This document shows positions 63,830-64,000 of a DNA stretch of 64,000 nt, piece by piece. A program made the translations under genes and the position numbers. The number at the start of each line of letters is the position of its first letter. Position 1 is the stretch's first letter. This DNA comes from Thermoplasmata archaeon (GTDB lineage: Archaea; Thermoplasmatota; Thermoplasmata; Lutacidiplasmatales; UBA184): NCBI GenBank assembly GCA_036404475.1, contig DASWZL010000004.1, forward strand, positions 8,655-72,654, read 5' to 3'. The notes under the pieces are model-generated. The model ran no database searches. It was not told the origin of the DNA and saw nothing but the letters and a program-made list of their open reading frames with translations.

Positions 63830-64000
63830 ATGGGGGGAATTGGGGCAGTTCGGTCGGGGCGACGCTATCGCCGGGCGCGACGCCTGCGCTCCGGGAAGCG
63901 GGGAGTCGTCGCCGTCATCGGCACCCTGCTGGCCCTACTGGTCTTCTTCGCGCTCTTCGGGATCTTCCTCACCCAGTACGTGCCCCTCTGGATGACCGAC
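63830..64000 (+). CDS. Archaeal type IV pilin-like protein with a class III signal peptide, partial (continues beyond the window end)
   Basis: Own translation: MGGIGAVRSGRRYRRARRLRSGKRGVVAVIGTLLALLVFFALFGIFLTQYVPLWMTD. The K-R-G / hydrophobic-stretch pattern fits prepilin peptidase substrates. Not in the ORF track because it has no stop in the window. Confidence 0.6.
   Translation, partial: MGGIGAVRSGRRYRRARRLRSGKRGVVAVIGTLLALLVFFALFGIFLTQYVPLWMTD

Noticed and set aside
1-64000. CRISPR arrays, transposases, integrases and prophage genes
   Set aside because: No regularly spaced short direct repeats, and no ORF with recombinase or transposase motifs, was recognised on either strand.

Overview
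This 64 kb window is archaeal chromosomal DNA and very GC-rich. Evidence for an archaeon: an intron-containing tRNA-Tyr with a C1-G72 pair, L40e, RpoK, archease, a Pcc1-like ORF, geranylgeranyl reductase, a class-III signal-peptide pilin, and TATA-like boxes about 27 nt upstream of RNA 5' ends and start codons. There are two compositional parts. (1) Positions 1 to about 15.4 kb read visibly AT-richer (by eye, not computed) and form a cell-surface island, all on the minus strand. It holds a membrane protein of more than 970 aa that is missing from the ORF track because it has no stop in the window. It also holds three GT4 and one GT2 glycosyltransferases, FkbM- and TylF-type methyltransferases, a five-domain FN3 surface protein, a RelE/antitoxin pair with a decayed tandem copy, and several gene remnants. 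(2) The remainder is housekeeping core. It includes PiT, pirin, a NiCoT-NikR operon, an ABC transporter, TrxR, ferredoxin plus geranylgeranyl reductase, a DUF1028 Ntn hydrolase, a bactofilin-like protein, IleRS and L40e. It also includes SerA with a class V aminotransferase, a MoxR/DUF58/DUF4129 membrane cluster, TrmI, transketolase (split), transaldolase and RpiA, endonuclease IV, an orphan 5S rRNA, an MVD-family enzyme, UMP kinase, adenylate kinase and three tRNAs. I found no CRISPR array, transposase or integrase. I did not recognise a clear-cut novel system. The best candidates are the duplicated toxin-antitoxin cassette that now sits in front of the FN3 gene, the glycosylation island with its giant membrane protein, and the MoxR-associated membrane gene array. 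Four genes have conserved residues displaced by 1-nt frame problems at G/C homopolymers, so sequence errors must be excluded first. Many long Arg/Pro/Gly-rich ORFs in the track are antisense artefacts of high GC.
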